A stretch of DNA of 64,000 bases, taken from assembly GCA_044225365.1 (NCBI GenBank), contig JBGAIQ010000001.1, positions 160,001-224,000 of the forward strand. The letters are read 5' to 3'. The notes beneath the pieces are model-generated. The model saw only the letters and a list, made by a program, of their open reading frames with translations, did not search any database and had not been told where the DNA came from. Shown piece after piece: positions 47,191 through 57,276 of this stretch (position 1 is the first letter of the stretch; each line of letters begins with the position of its first letter). The position numbers and the translations under genes are program-made. Source of the stretch: Planctomycetota bacterium (lineage in GTDB: Bacteria > Planctomycetota > B15-G4 > JADJEK01).

Positions 47191-47280
47191 GGGAGTTCTT
47201 CAAGGCGATCCGACCTTGGATAGGAGATGTTTGGGGAATGAGGGAAGATCGGACTTTTACTGCGCTGTTGGCAACCTTGA
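47155..47280 (-). ncRNA. Candidate small RNA with a C-rich anti-SD loop
   Basis: Stems 47200-05 with 47275-80 and 47208-17 with 47245-54 enclose CCCUCAUUCCCCAAACAUCUCCUAUCC; terminator follows. Confidence 0.45.
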
Positions 47281-47355
47281 GACCGAGCCGCTTCCGATTC
47301 CGAAGAATCATCTGCGCACGGCCGCCCCTTCGACGGGTCGGTTCCTTCAAAGGTT

Positions 47356-47377
47356 CGGAGAATTCAGGAATTCTCCG
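47356..47377. promoter_or_regulatory. Perfect dyad CGGAGAATTC-AG-GAATTCTCCG (candidate operator)
   Basis: 10-bp arms with a 2-nt spacer, intergenic. Confidence 0.45.
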
Positions 47378-47514
47378 GTTGGACTCCTTCGATCGACCTG
47401 CGGAATCCGAGATATGGACACCCTGCGGAGGGTCCTTCGAATTCTGCTCGCGCGCTGCGAGTTCGGGCGTTCGTGGGCCGGCGCGCTGGGTAAGCTCCGC
47501 ACCCCCGATCCCCG

Positions 47515-48324
47515 ATGACACAGCCCACCCGAATCTCCTTCCGCCAGCGCCTCCATTCGCTCTGGAAGCGCTCCGTGCTCAACCCGTACCGGCTCGACGT
47601 CGAGCTCCTGCGTGAAGGAGTTGCCGCGTTTGGCCCTCGACTGACGGGGCGGCTGCTCGATGTCGGGTGCGGCGAACGGCCCTACGCCGCACTGTTCCCG
47701 GGCGTGACCCGTTACATCGGGATCGAGCATCTCGGGGCGGTGATCAACGTCGACAAGCGATTGAACGTGTCGGTCGCGCACGTCCGCGGGATCATCGATG
47801 CATTCGCGGACGGCAGCGATCTCCCGTTCCGCGACGGGTCGTTCGATTGTTGCGTCGCGACCGAGGTCCTCGAGCACGTGCTCGACCCGGCGCGCGTGGT
47901 ACGCGAGATGGCGCGCGTCACGAAGGCGGGGGGCCTCGTACTGATCACGGTGCCCTTCGTCGGCGAACTGCACCAGATTCCCTACGACTATCGGCGCTAC
48001 ACCCGCTTCGGCATCGAGAAGCAGCTCGCGGCGGGTGGGTTCGAGATCCTCGAGATCAAGTCGCGCGGCAACTACATCATGACGGCGGGGCGCGTCCTGG
48101 CGCACGCGATCTACCGCCTCGGCGGCAAACGCGTGAAGAACGACGGCGCGATCCAGATGCACAAGTTCGCGATCCCGATCGTCCTGCCGCTCGCTGGGCT
48201 CGTCCTCGCCGTTTTCCGCTTCTTCGGGCGGTTCAGCGGCGATGACAGTCTGTGTCTCGGCTACTCCGTGCTCGCGCGCCGGCTGCCGCCCGGCTCGGCC
48301 GCAAACGCCCAACTGCCCTCTTGA
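47515..48324 (+). CDS. Class I SAM-dependent methyltransferase
   Basis: LLDVGCGERPY, LPFRDGSFD, TEVLEHV, HQIPYDYRRYT. Confidence 0.9.
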   Translation: MTQPTRISFRQRLHSLWKRSVLNPYRLDVELLREGVAAFGPRLTGRLLDVGCGERPYAALFPGVTRYIGIEHLGAVINVDKRLNVSVAHVRGIIDAFADGSDLPFRDGSFDCCVATEVLEHVLDPARVVREMARVTKAGGLVLITVPFVGELHQIPYDYRRYTRFGIEKQLAAGGFEILEIKSRGNYIMTAGRVLAHAIYRLGGKRVKNDGAIQMHKFAIPIVLPLAGLVLAVFRFFGRFSGDDSLCLGYSVLARRLPPGSAANAQLPS

Positions 48325-48565
48325 CCGCGGACCGGTCGGTCCCGAAGATACGCGACCTTCCCCGATGCTACGGACTGCGCGGCTTGGCGATGGCCCGCAG
48401 GAACCGATCGTGGACGCCGCTCCCACGGCGGCGAATGTAGGTGGGGCAAGCGACCGGTCCAAGGTGATCGCCGGTCGTCCCAACGCATGAGTTCTCACTT
48501 CGTTTCGTAGTGACGAGCGCGGCGCCGGCCCAATGGGTCGCGCCGCAGCCGGAGAGGTACTCGCG

Positions 48566-49510
48566 ATGATTCGCGTTTCGAATCTGGTGAAGACGTTCGG
48601 TCCCACGCTCGCCGTGGACGACGTCTCGTTCGAGGTTCCCGAGGGCCAGATCGTTGGCTTCCTCGGCCCGAACGGGGCGGGCAAGTCGACGACGATGCGG
48701 ATGCTCACGACGTATCTCGACCCCGACTCGGGGAAGATCGAGATCGCCGGCATCGACGCCCTCGAGAGTCCGCTCGAGGCGCGCCAGCAGCTCGGCTACC
48801 TGCCGGAGTCGGCGCCGCTCTACGAAGAGCTCAACGTCGTCGACTCGCTCAAGTACATCGGCCGGATCCGCGGCCTCGGCGGCGGCAACCTCGGCAATCG
48901 CGTCGATGCGATGGTCGACGCCTGCGGTCTCGAGGGCGTCGTCCACAAGGACATCGGCGAACTCTCGAAGGGTTACCGCCAGCGCGTGGGACTCGCGCAA
49001 ACGCTCATTCACGACCCGGACTTCCTGATCCTCGACGAGCCGACGACGGGTCTCGACCCGAATCAGATCAAGGAGATCCGCGGGCTCATCAAGAAGATCG
49101 GCGAGAAGAAGACGATCATCCTGTCGACCCACATCCTCTCCGAAGTCCAGGCGACCTGCACTCGCGCAATCATCATCAACCAGGGCAGGCTCGTCGCGGA
49201 CGGTCATCCCGACGAACTCGTCTCGAAGATGGGAAGCACGGCGGTTCGCTTCCAGGTCGTGCTGCGCGGCGGCAATCCACCGCAGATCGAGAGCGAGCTG
49301 AAGAAGCTCGACGGCGTACGCGGCGTCGAGATGTTGCCCGAGAGTGGTCGCGGGGTCCGCTTCACCGTCGCCGGCTCGCACGAAGAGCTCGGCGAGAACA
49401 TCTTCAAGTGCGCGGTTCGCTGCAACTGGACGCTCTCCGAGCTGTCGCCGGAACGGGCGACCCTCGAAGACGTCTTCAGCAAGCTGACGGGCGCGGGAGG
49501 CAAGTCATGA
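48566..49510 (+). CDS. ABC transporter ATP-binding protein (GldA-like)
   Basis: GPNGAGKST, LSKGYRQRVG, ILDEPTTGLDP, STHIL. Confidence 0.93.
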   Translation: MIRVSNLVKTFGPTLAVDDVSFEVPEGQIVGFLGPNGAGKSTTMRMLTTYLDPDSGKIEIAGIDALESPLEARQQLGYLPESAPLYEELNVVDSLKYIGRIRGLGGGNLGNRVDAMVDACGLEGVVHKDIGELSKGYRQRVGLAQTLIHDPDFLILDEPTTGLDPNQIKEIRGLIKKIGEKKTIILSTHILSEVQATCTRAIIINQGRLVADGHPDELVSKMGSTAVRFQVVLRGGNPPQIESELKKLDGVRGVEMLPESGRGVRFTVAGSHEELGENIFKCAVRCNWTLSELSPERATLEDVFSKLTGAGGKS

Positions 49511-50220
49511 GTGGCGTGATGACGATCGCCCGCAAGGAATTCGGGACCTTCTTCAAGACGCCAGTCGCGTACATCGTGATCTGCGCCTTCCAGATCCTCG
49601 TCGGCTGGCTCTTCTTTGCGACCTACTTCCCGAGCAAAGAAGCGAGCATGCGCAACTTCTTCGAGTGGTTGCCGTTCACCTTCATGATCTTCGCGCCCGC
49701 GATCTCCATGCGGATGTGGGCCGAAGAACGCAAGATCGGAACCTTCGAGACGCTCCTCACATTGCCGGTCACCGACACGGCGATCGTGTGCGGCAAGTTC
49801 TTCGCGGCGATCGGACTGCTCGGTTCGATGTTGCTCCTGTCGACGCCGATCGCGCTCATCGTCGCCTACACCTCCGCCGCGCCGGTCGACGTCGGCCCGA
49901 TCGTCGGCGGCTATCTCGGCGCCCTGCTCCTCGGCGGCACGTACATCGCGATGGGACTCTTCGCGTCGGCCCTCACGGAGAACCAGATCGTCGGGTTCAT
50001 CCTCGGGCTGCTCTTCGCGAGCGTCTTCTACTTCATCGGACTGCCCGTGCTCTCGGGCGTCCTTCCGTCGTTCCTCGCCGAACCGCTGCGCCTGCTCTCG
50101 GTGAACTTCCACTTCGAGAACATCGGCCGCGGCGTGATCGACTCGCGCGACATCGTCTACTACGTCTCGATGATCGCCGTCTTCTTGATGGGCAACGTCG
50201 CGGCCGTCCGGCTGCGCTGA
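49507..50220 (+). CDS. ABC-2 permease (GldF-like)
   Basis: IARKEF..FF.TPVAY, EERKIGTFETLLTLP, GKF, TENQIV, HFENIGRGVIDSRD. Confidence 0.9.
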   Translation: MSGVMTIARKEFGTFFKTPVAYIVICAFQILVGWLFFATYFPSKEASMRNFFEWLPFTFMIFAPAISMRMWAEERKIGTFETLLTLPVTDTAIVCGKFFAAIGLLGSMLLLSTPIALIVAYTSAAPVDVGPIVGGYLGALLLGGTYIAMGLFASALTENQIVGFILGLLFASVFYFIGLPVLSGVLPSFLAEPLRLLSVNFHFENIGRGVIDSRDIVYYVSMIAVFLMGNVAAVRLR

Positions 50221-50241
50221 GGAAGAAGGAGCAAGACCAAC

Positions 50242-52170
50242 ATGAACAGCCGAAAGCGCTGCGGATCGTTCCTCCTCACCACGGCCCTCGTGGTCGCCAA
50301 CCTGATCACGTTCAACGTGCTCGGTTCCGGCCACTTCTCGCGGCTCGACATCACGCGCGACCGCCTCTACACGCTGCACCCCGCGACGAAGGAGCTCCTG
50401 CAGGGGCTCGACGATCTCGTGACGATGCGCGTGTATCTGTCGGAGAAGCGTTTCGCCGACAATCAGAACCTCTCGCAGATCCCGCGCGTCGTGCGCGACA
50501 TGGTCGAGGAGTTCGTCGCTCAGAGCAAGGGCCGCCTGAAGGCCACGTTCATCGACCCGACCGACAATGCGGAGAAGGAGCAGGAGGCGGAGAGCGCCGG
50601 GATCCACTCCGTCCAGGTCACTGGGATCGAGAAGGAACAGAGCGCGGTCTTCAAGGCCTACGTCGGCATCGTTCTGAGCTACGGCGGCAAGCCCGATCAA
50701 CGGATTCCCGTCGCATACTTCCAGAACGAGGAGTTCCGCCTCGAGCTCGAGCTCGCTCTCCTGATCTCGCGACTCACGCAGCGGGAGACGATTACTATCG
50801 GCGTCAACTCGGTGAACGAGATGCCCGAGGGCATGCCGCCGCAGTTCGCCCAGGGCTCGGACAAGTACGACCTCGATCAGGCCTACAAGGCGATGAAGGC
50901 CGAGCTCGAGAAGACCTATGAAGTCGAGAAGGTCCCCGTCGGAAAGCCGATTCCGGATCACATCCAACTCCTCGTGCTCGCGAACACCGAAGGGCTGGAC
51001 GACAAGGCGAAGTACCACATCGATCAGTACCTGATGAACGGGGGCAAGCTGATCGTGCTGGCTGCGGGAACGGACGTCGATCCTCGGATGGGTATGCCGA
51101 TGGCTCGCTCGGACGAGAACGACGAGTTCTTCCGACACTACGGGTTCTCGATCGACAAGAACCTGATCCTCGATCGCCAGGGGCTCACGCGATCCCCGTT
51201 CGAGCCTCCGCTGTATTGGGCGCCGGTGATGCTGGAGCGCAACTTCAATGCGGAGTCGACGCTGATGACGGGCGTGAAGCCGTTCGCGCTCCCCCTCTCG
51301 TCGTCGATCCACCTCAATCCGCCGGAGGGTGTTTCAGCGACCGTGCTGGCGCAGACGACTTCGTTGGCCTGGCAGCAGACCGGTGTCTTCACGCTCGATC
51401 CGACCGCGCCCCAGGCGAATCCGCCCGCGAATCCGGATGACTCGAAGAGCTTCGATACCGTCGGCCTGCTGGAAGGCGAGTTCACTTCGTACTTCACGAA
51501 CCGCAAACTTCCGGATGGCGTCGGTACGGCGGCAGCGGAACCGACGGCGACGGACATCATGAAGCAGATCGACCAGCAGGGTGGTGCTTCAAACACCCCG
51601 CCGCAGCCGGAAGAGAAACCCGCCGACAAGCCCGCCGACAAGAAGGACGAGAAGGGTGGCGGCAACGGCGGTGCTCTTCCCGCGCAGGATCCCGCCAAGG
51701 TGGAGCCTGCGAAGCAGGAGCCCGCCAAGGTCGAGACGCCCGCGCCGGCGGGGAACCCCGCTGCGAGCCCTCCCCAAGTTCCCACGCCCGCTCCGGGACC
51801 CGGAGCCGCGGTGCCACCGAACGGCGCGCCGGCGCCGCAAACGAGCACCACCTTCGTGAAGGCGAAGTCGCCGAAGACGCGAATCGTCGTGATCGGAAGC
51901 AACTACTTCCTCGCGAGCAACTTCTTCCAGGGCGTCCCTGGCAACTCCGAGTTCTTCCTCACGCTCGTCGAGCGCATGACGACCGGCTCGCGTCTCTCCG
52001 AGCTGCGCAATCGCACGGTCCAGCGGCCGTCGATCAAGGGTGACCTCTCGGGCACCTCGCAAGTCGTGATCAAGTGGCTCGGCATGCTCGGCATGCCGGC
52101 GCTCGTCGCGGCCTTCGGTCTCGTCTCCTGGTTGTTGCGCAAGAGCCGTCGCCCGGCCCTTGCGGTTTGA
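50242..52170 (+). CDS. GldG-family ABC auxiliary protein with a Pro/Ala-rich insertion
   Basis: RLDITRDRLYTL, IDQYLMNGGKL, RIVVIGS, GNSEFF; N- and C-terminal TMs. Confidence 0.88.
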   Translation: MNSRKRCGSFLLTTALVVANLITFNVLGSGHFSRLDITRDRLYTLHPATKELLQGLDDLVTMRVYLSEKRFADNQNLSQIPRVVRDMVEEFVAQSKGRLKATFIDPTDNAEKEQEAESAGIHSVQVTGIEKEQSAVFKAYVGIVLSYGGKPDQRIPVAYFQNEEFRLELELALLISRLTQRETITIGVNSVNEMPEGMPPQFAQGSDKYDLDQAYKAMKAELEKTYEVEKVPVGKPIPDHIQLLVLANTEGLDDKAKYHIDQYLMNGGKLIVLAAGTDVDPRMGMPMARSDENDEFFRHYGFSIDKNLILDRQGLTRSPFEPPLYWAPVMLERNFNAESTLMTGVKPFALPLSSSIHLNPPEGVSATVLAQTTSLAWQQTGVFTLDPTAPQANPPANPDDSKSFDTVGLLEGEFTSYFTNRKLPDGVGTAAAEPTATDIMKQIDQQGGASNTPPQPEEKPADKPADKKDEKGGGNGGALPAQDPAKVEPAKQEPAKVETPAPAGNPAASPPQVPTPAPGPGAAVPPNGAPAPQTSTTFVKAKSPKTRIVVIGSNYFLASNFFQGVPGNSEFFLTLVERMTTGSRLSELRNRTVQRPSIKGDLSGTSQVVIKWLGMLGMPALVAAFGLVSWLLRKSRRPALAV

Positions 52171-52178
52171 GGTTCGCC

Positions 52179-53237
52179 ATGAAGAAGATCCATCTCGTCC
52201 TCTGTGGAATCCTGGCGCTGCAATTCGCGTTGCTGGCGGTCGAGAAGTTCACGAAGGCGGACTACACGCCGCACACGCCGATCAAGGGCGACAAGCTGTT
52301 CCCGGACGCCAAGTCCGATGCGATCATCGCGCTCAAGATCACGCAGGAGGGTCGCACCACCGAGCTGAAGCGCGAAGGCGAGAAGTGGGTGGTCGCGAGC
52401 GAGAAGAATGCCCTCGCCGACGTCCAGGCCTGCAAGAACGCGGTGCAGGAGCTCGAGCGCCTCGCGCCGGGATACATCGTCGCGGAGAAGCCGGAGAAGC
52501 ACGAGCAGTTCGAAGTCGCCGGCAAGAACGCCGTCGAGGTCACGGCGACGAACAGCGCCGGGGTAACGGTCGCGAACTTCATCATGGGCAAGACGACCCC
52601 GGACTTCCGCGGGGTCTACGTCCGCACGCCGCCCACGAGCACCGACGTCATGAAGGTCGACTCGAACATCCGGCCGATGTTCTGCAAGGACGACACCAAG
52701 GTCGGCGCCTGGCGCGACAAGTCGCTGTTCTCCGCCGAGCCGAAGGACATTCGTTCGTTCGAGCTGACGCGCGCCGACGAGACGATCTCGATCGAGCGCG
52801 TGCTGCAGCCGTCGAAGGAGAAGGGCAAGGAAGGTCAACTCGTCGCATCCGACGACGACACCTGGAACGTCACGAAGCCGATCACGGCGTCGCTCGACAA
52901 GTTCACGGGCGGCACGATGGCTCGCAACCTCGCCACCTTGAAGGCGGACGGTTTCGCTCCCGCCGACAAGACCGCGAAGGATTGCGGACTCGAGCCGCCG
53001 GTGGTGAAGGTCGTCGCCAAGCTCGAGAAGGGCGACACGCTCGAACTCGAGATCGGCAAGGACGACTCGGGCAAGGTCTACGCCCGCAAGCCGGGTGGCG
53101 AGATCGTGACGGTGCAGGCTTACCAGCTCTACAACTTCCAGAAGAAGTCGAGCGACTTCAAGCCCCCTGAACCGCCGAAGACCGATCCGCCCGCGAACGT
53201 GCCGGCTCCCGAGCCGCAGAAGCCGACCGGCGGTTGA
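52179..53237 (+). CDS. DUF4340-like protein
   Basis: N-terminal TM, two similar repeats, WRDKSLF, CGLEPP; usual position after GldG. Confidence 0.75.
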   Translation: MKKIHLVLCGILALQFALLAVEKFTKADYTPHTPIKGDKLFPDAKSDAIIALKITQEGRTTELKREGEKWVVASEKNALADVQACKNAVQELERLAPGYIVAEKPEKHEQFEVAGKNAVEVTATNSAGVTVANFIMGKTTPDFRGVYVRTPPTSTDVMKVDSNIRPMFCKDDTKVGAWRDKSLFSAEPKDIRSFELTRADETISIERVLQPSKEKGKEGQLVASDDDTWNVTKPITASLDKFTGGTMARNLATLKADGFAPADKTAKDCGLEPPVVKVVAKLEKGDTLELEIGKDDSGKVYARKPGGEIVTVQAYQLYNFQKKSSDFKPPEPPKTDPPANVPAPEPQKPTGG

Positions 53238-53250
53238 CCTCCGATCCCGA

Positions 53251-54111
53251 TCAGGCGTGCTTCGCGGCGATCGCAAGTCGCCACGTGCGTTGCGCTCTGC
53301 GGGACAACCGACGCGCGCGCAGATAGGCCGCGAGGACGTGGAGACGCTCGCGCCGACTCGTCACGCGATGCAGGGACTGCAGTAGCCGATAGAGATCGAT
53401 CGCGTCCTTCAGGTCGAGTCGCGCGCGATTCTCGAGGCGATAGCTCGACCGATCGAGATCCAGCAGCGAGAACCTCGGTGGCGCGGTCTCGAGCACGATG
53501 ATGTTCCCGGCCTTCAGGTCCCCGTGAGCGATGCCTCGGCGATGCAGGTCGGCGCAGAACGCGCCGACGGCTGCGAGGAACTCGCGTCGCCGCGAGTCGT
53601 TCGAGCGGAAGTCGACGAGCAACGCTTCGCGGACATCGCGCCGCGTGGGCAGGCCGACCATCGCGAGCGCCGACGGGCGCGGCCAGCGCGCCGGACTTCC
53701 CGGAACGTAGACGTGCATCGCGCCGAGATGCGGCGGCACGGCGATCCCGCGACGCTCGGCTTCGAGTCCATTCGTCAGCGCCCGGATCGCGCGCTTGCCG
53801 TATGCGAGTTCTTCGAGCCAGTCCTTCATGCTTCGCAGGCGATAGAGCTTCACGAACAGTCGCCCGCGTCGACCGTCGAACTCGACGTGGCGCCAGCCGA
53901 CCAGGCGTTTGCGTCGCCGGCGTCGCGCTTCCTTCTTCTTCGAGCGCGGCTTCTTACGGGAATCATGGGTGATGAAAGCGTCCGGATCCCGCAGCGCATC
54001 GACGACCGGAGCGGCCGGCCAGTCGACGCGATGCAGGATCCGGATGCTGTGCGATTCGCCGCGCTCCACCGTGATGGAGAGAGCGGCGCGTTCATCGGAC
54101 CGTGAGATCAA
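53251..54111 (-). CDS. Lipopolysaccharide kinase (Kdo/WaaP/InaA)-family protein
   Basis: LFVKLY, LHRRGIAHGDLKAGNI, LLDLD; start uncertain. Confidence 0.75.
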   Translation of the reverse strand: MISRSDERAALSITVERGESHSIRILHRVDWPAAPVVDALRDPDAFITHDSRKKPRSKKKEARRRRRKRLVGWRHVEFDGRRGRLFVKLYRLRSMKDWLEELAYGKRAIRALTNGLEAERRGIAVPPHLGAMHVYVPGSPARWPRPSALAMVGLPTRRDVREALLVDFRSNDSRRREFLAAVGAFCADLHRRGIAHGDLKAGNIIVLETAPPRFSLLDLDRSSYRLENRARLDLKDAIDLYRLLQSLHRVTSRRERLHVLAAYLRARRLSRRAQRTWRLAIAAKHA

Positions 54112-54130
54112 CCCGAGCTACCTCGAACGC

Positions 54131-55612
54131 TCACTTCGGCGAAACGCGGACCCAGACGCTCTTCACCTGCGTATAGAGCTCGAGCGCGTGGATGCCCATC
54201 TCGCGTCCGAAGCCCGATTCCTTGAATCCGCCGAACGGCGAAGCAGCGTCGAATTGGTTGTAGCAGTTGACCCAGACCGTTCCGGCGCGGATCTTCTTCG
54301 CGAGGTAATGGGCCTTGTCGATGTCCTTCGTCCACACGCCGGCCGCGAGTCCGTACTGCGTGTCGTTCGCGCGCCGCACGAGATCGTCGAGGTTCTCGAA
54401 CTCGAGCGCCGCGATGACCGGGCCGAAGATCTCCTCGCGCGCGATCTCCATGTCGTCGCGAACACCGTCGAACACCGTGGGCTGGATGAAGTAGCCGCGA
54501 TTGTTCGTCGCCGCGCCGCGCGCACTGCCGCCGCCACAGACCGCCTTCGCCCCCTGCTTCTTCCCGGACTCGATGAAGCCGAGGATCTTGTCGTACTGCT
54601 CCTTCGATACCTGCGCGCCCATGCGCGTGTTCGCGTCGAGCGGATTTCCGACGGCGAGCGACGCAGCCTTGTCGGCGAGCGCGCCGATGAACTGGTCCTT
54701 GATCTTCTTGTCGACGAAGAGCCGCGAACCGGCGCAACAGACCTCACCTTGGTTGAAGAACATGCCCATCATCACGCCGCGGATCGCCCCTTCGATATCG
54801 GCGTCGGGCAGGATGACGTTCGGCGACTTGCCACCGAGTTCGAGTGAGATCTTCTTCACGTTGCCGGCTGCCGTGCGCATCACTTCCTTGCCGACCTCGG
54901 TCGACCCGGTGAACGCGATCTTGTCGACTCCGCGATGGCCCGCGAGCGCGGCGCCCGCCGTCGGCCCGAAGCCCGGAACGATGTTGACGACGCCGTCGGG
55001 AACTCCGGCCTCTTGCAGGATCTCACCGAGGCGCAGGGCCGACAGTGGGGTCTGCTCCGCGGGCTTCAGGATCACGCAGTTGCCGGCCGCGAGCGCGGGC
55101 GACAGCTTCCAGCACGCCATGAGCAGCGGGAAGTTCCACGGGATGATCTGCCCGCAGACCCCGACGGGCTCGCGCATGGTGTAGTTCAGGAAATTGCCCG
55201 CGACGGGAATCGTCTCGCCGTGGATCTTCGTCGCGAACCCGCCGTAGTAGCGGAAGATGTCGGCCGCCAGGAAGGTGTCGACGTTCTTCGTCTCGAAGAT
55301 CGGCTTGCCGTTGTCGAGAGTGTCGAGCAAGGCGAGTTCGTCCTTGTGTTTGTCGATGAGCTCCCCGATCTTCCACACGATGCGACCGCGCTCGGACGGC
55401 GACATCTTGGACCACGGGCCTTCGTCGAAGGCCTTCCGCGCCGCGGCGACCGCAAGATCGATGTCGGCGGCATCGCCTTCGCAGACTTCGGCGAGTTTGT
55501 CCTCGGTGGCGGGATTGATCGTGGCGAACGTCTTGCCGGACTTCGCGTCGACCCATTTGCCGCCGATGAGCATCTTCTTCGGACCGGTCTTCAGGAAGGC
55601 GGGGAGATCCAT
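54131..55612 (-). CDS. NAD(P)-dependent aldehyde dehydrogenase
   Basis: IIPWNFP, KPAEQTP, FTGSTEVG, LELGGKSP, FNQGEVCCAGSR, EEIFGPV, PFGGFKESG. Confidence 0.96.
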   Translation of the reverse strand: MDLPAFLKTGPKKMLIGGKWVDAKSGKTFATINPATEDKLAEVCEGDAADIDLAVAAARKAFDEGPWSKMSPSERGRIVWKIGELIDKHKDELALLDTLDNGKPIFETKNVDTFLAADIFRYYGGFATKIHGETIPVAGNFLNYTMREPVGVCGQIIPWNFPLLMACWKLSPALAAGNCVILKPAEQTPLSALRLGEILQEAGVPDGVVNIVPGFGPTAGAALAGHRGVDKIAFTGSTEVGKEVMRTAAGNVKKISLELGGKSPNVILPDADIEGAIRGVMMGMFFNQGEVCCAGSRLFVDKKIKDQFIGALADKAASLAVGNPLDANTRMGAQVSKEQYDKILGFIESGKKQGAKAVCGGGSARGAATNNRGYFIQPTVFDGVRDDMEIAREEIFGPVIAALEFENLDDLVRRANDTQYGLAAGVWTKDIDKAHYLAKKIRAGTVWVNCYNQFDAASPFGGFKESGFGREMGIHALELYTQVKSVWVRVSPK

Positions 55613-55888
55613 CTTCGAGCTCCTTTTCTGTTCGTGGCTTCGCGGTACAGGACCCCGTCGAGAATAAGCACTTCCCGGCCCCGGAGAACGCCCAATCCCC
55701 GATGCGTCGACGCGCCCAAGTCTCGTCGGTGGGAGTCAACCTGAGAAGGGGTTTCAGAATTCGACGGAAAGAGTCGAAGAATCCCTCGAGTCTCTCCGTG
55801 CCGGGTCGAAGGATCTGAAGTCGGAGAGCCGGAGTTCGGAACGCGACGTTCCGGATTCGCTCCGTGTGGAGATCGAGAGGAGGAGTCC

Positions 55889-56563
55889 ATGTACGATCCA
55901 GCCAAGGCGTTCTTCGTTCCCAAGGTCCATCCTGCGCAGCGTACGTTCCCGATCTTCGGGCACTATCGAGGCGGGACGTCGATGGTGGCGGGACTGCTCC
56001 GTCAGATGGGGTTGTACCTCGGCGAACGGGTCGATCCGGGCAACAACGAGGATCCGGACTTCCGCGATGCGCCGCGCGCGAAGCTCATCGAGATGATCCA
56101 TCGCCGCAATGCGGAGCACGATGTCTGGGGTTGGAAGGACCCGGGGCTCTATCGCACGATCGGTCAGGATTTCGGGCTGCTGCGGAACCCATTCAGCATC
56201 GTGATCCTGCGCGACGTGTTCGCTTGCGCGCAAGCCGAGTTGTGGCGGGGGCAGACCAACGACGTCTTCACGACGTTGCGTCGCAAGCAGGACGAGCAGT
56301 CGAAGATGATCTCGTTCATGGACCGCATCTATGCGGCGCGCCGACCGATGCTGGTCATCAGCTATGACCGCACGATCGTCAATCCGGAGCGTGCAGTCGA
56401 TCAGTTGATCGCCTTCACGGGATTGTCCGTCGACGAAGCGACCCGGCAGCGCGCAACAGCATTCGTTCAGCCCGAGCGCGGGAATGGCGATCCGACGATC
56501 GAACCCACTCCCCGCGAAGTGCTGAGTCGAGGTGTGGCCGCTTCCGAAGCCATCGCCGTGTGA
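55889..56563 (+). CDS. Sulfotransferase-like P-loop protein
   Basis: GHYRGGTSMVAGLL (5'-PSB-like), WGWKDP, VILRD, ISYD; strong GGAGGAG RBS. Confidence 0.7.
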   Translation: MYDPAKAFFVPKVHPAQRTFPIFGHYRGGTSMVAGLLRQMGLYLGERVDPGNNEDPDFRDAPRAKLIEMIHRRNAEHDVWGWKDPGLYRTIGQDFGLLRNPFSIVILRDVFACAQAELWRGQTNDVFTTLRRKQDEQSKMISFMDRIYAARRPMLVISYDRTIVNPERAVDQLIAFTGLSVDEATRQRATAFVQPERGNGDPTIEPTPREVLSRGVAASEAIAV

Positions 56564-56614
56564 GCGGCGCGCCTCGCGCTTGTGCGCCCATTCGCGGCTG
56601 CGTAGAGTTCCGGC

Positions 56615-57193
56615 ATGTCCCTGCTCGCGCTCTCGCAGACCGCCACCGTTGCACTATTGTCGGCCCTCTGGCTCGCTGGCTTCCTGCTGATCTGGCAGCT
56701 CATGCGCAGCCGACTGATGATGCTGGAGGAGAAGCTGCACGGCTTCGGCCTGCAGATCGATCACTTCCGTCGCGCCCATGAGGACCGTGCCGGAACGGGC
56801 ACGCCGGATCCCGGACGCGAGGGTCGAGCAGCGATCGCCGCGGAAGTCGCAAGGCTCTCCGAGGCGCTGGAGTCGGTTCGCGACGCGCAGGCCGAGGCTC
56901 GCGTCGCGCACTCACGCGCCCACGAGTTGATCGAGCGGCTCGCGGCGGACCTCGAGCAGGGTCGCGCCGAGCGCCTCGTCGATCGGATCAAGCTGCGTTT
57001 CTCCGCGCGCGGATTCAACGACGTTCGCGTCCTCGGCGACCTCGCTCCGGCGAGCGACCCGACGCGGTCCGGGTCGCTGCGCGTCCCCCTCGAGGGCAAG
57101 AAAGGCGGAGTCACGTACAAGGGATACGTCGTGATCGATGGCGGCCAGGTGGTCGACGAGAAGCTTACGTCGTCGCACGAGGCGTTTCCTTAG
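56615..57193 (+). CDS. Hypothetical membrane-anchored coiled-coil protein
   Basis: N-terminal TM, helical middle, small beta-rich C-terminus. Confidence 0.65.
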   Translation: MSLLALSQTATVALLSALWLAGFLLIWQLMRSRLMMLEEKLHGFGLQIDHFRRAHEDRAGTGTPDPGREGRAAIAAEVARLSEALESVRDAQAEARVAHSRAHELIERLAADLEQGRAERLVDRIKLRFSARGFNDVRVLGDLAPASDPTRSGSLRVPLEGKKGGVTYKGYVVIDGGQVVDEKLTSSHEAFP

Positions 57194-57276
57194 CGGGTTC
57201 GCCGACGAACGCTCGAACACCGACACCGGGCTGATACCATCATGAGCTCGATTCCCGACACCGAACGAGGTCTCCG

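Noticed and set aside
47151-47615. Plus-strand ORF overlapping sRNA candidate 2
   Set aside because: Overlaps the methyltransferase by 100 nt and looks non-coding; kept only as an alternative explanation
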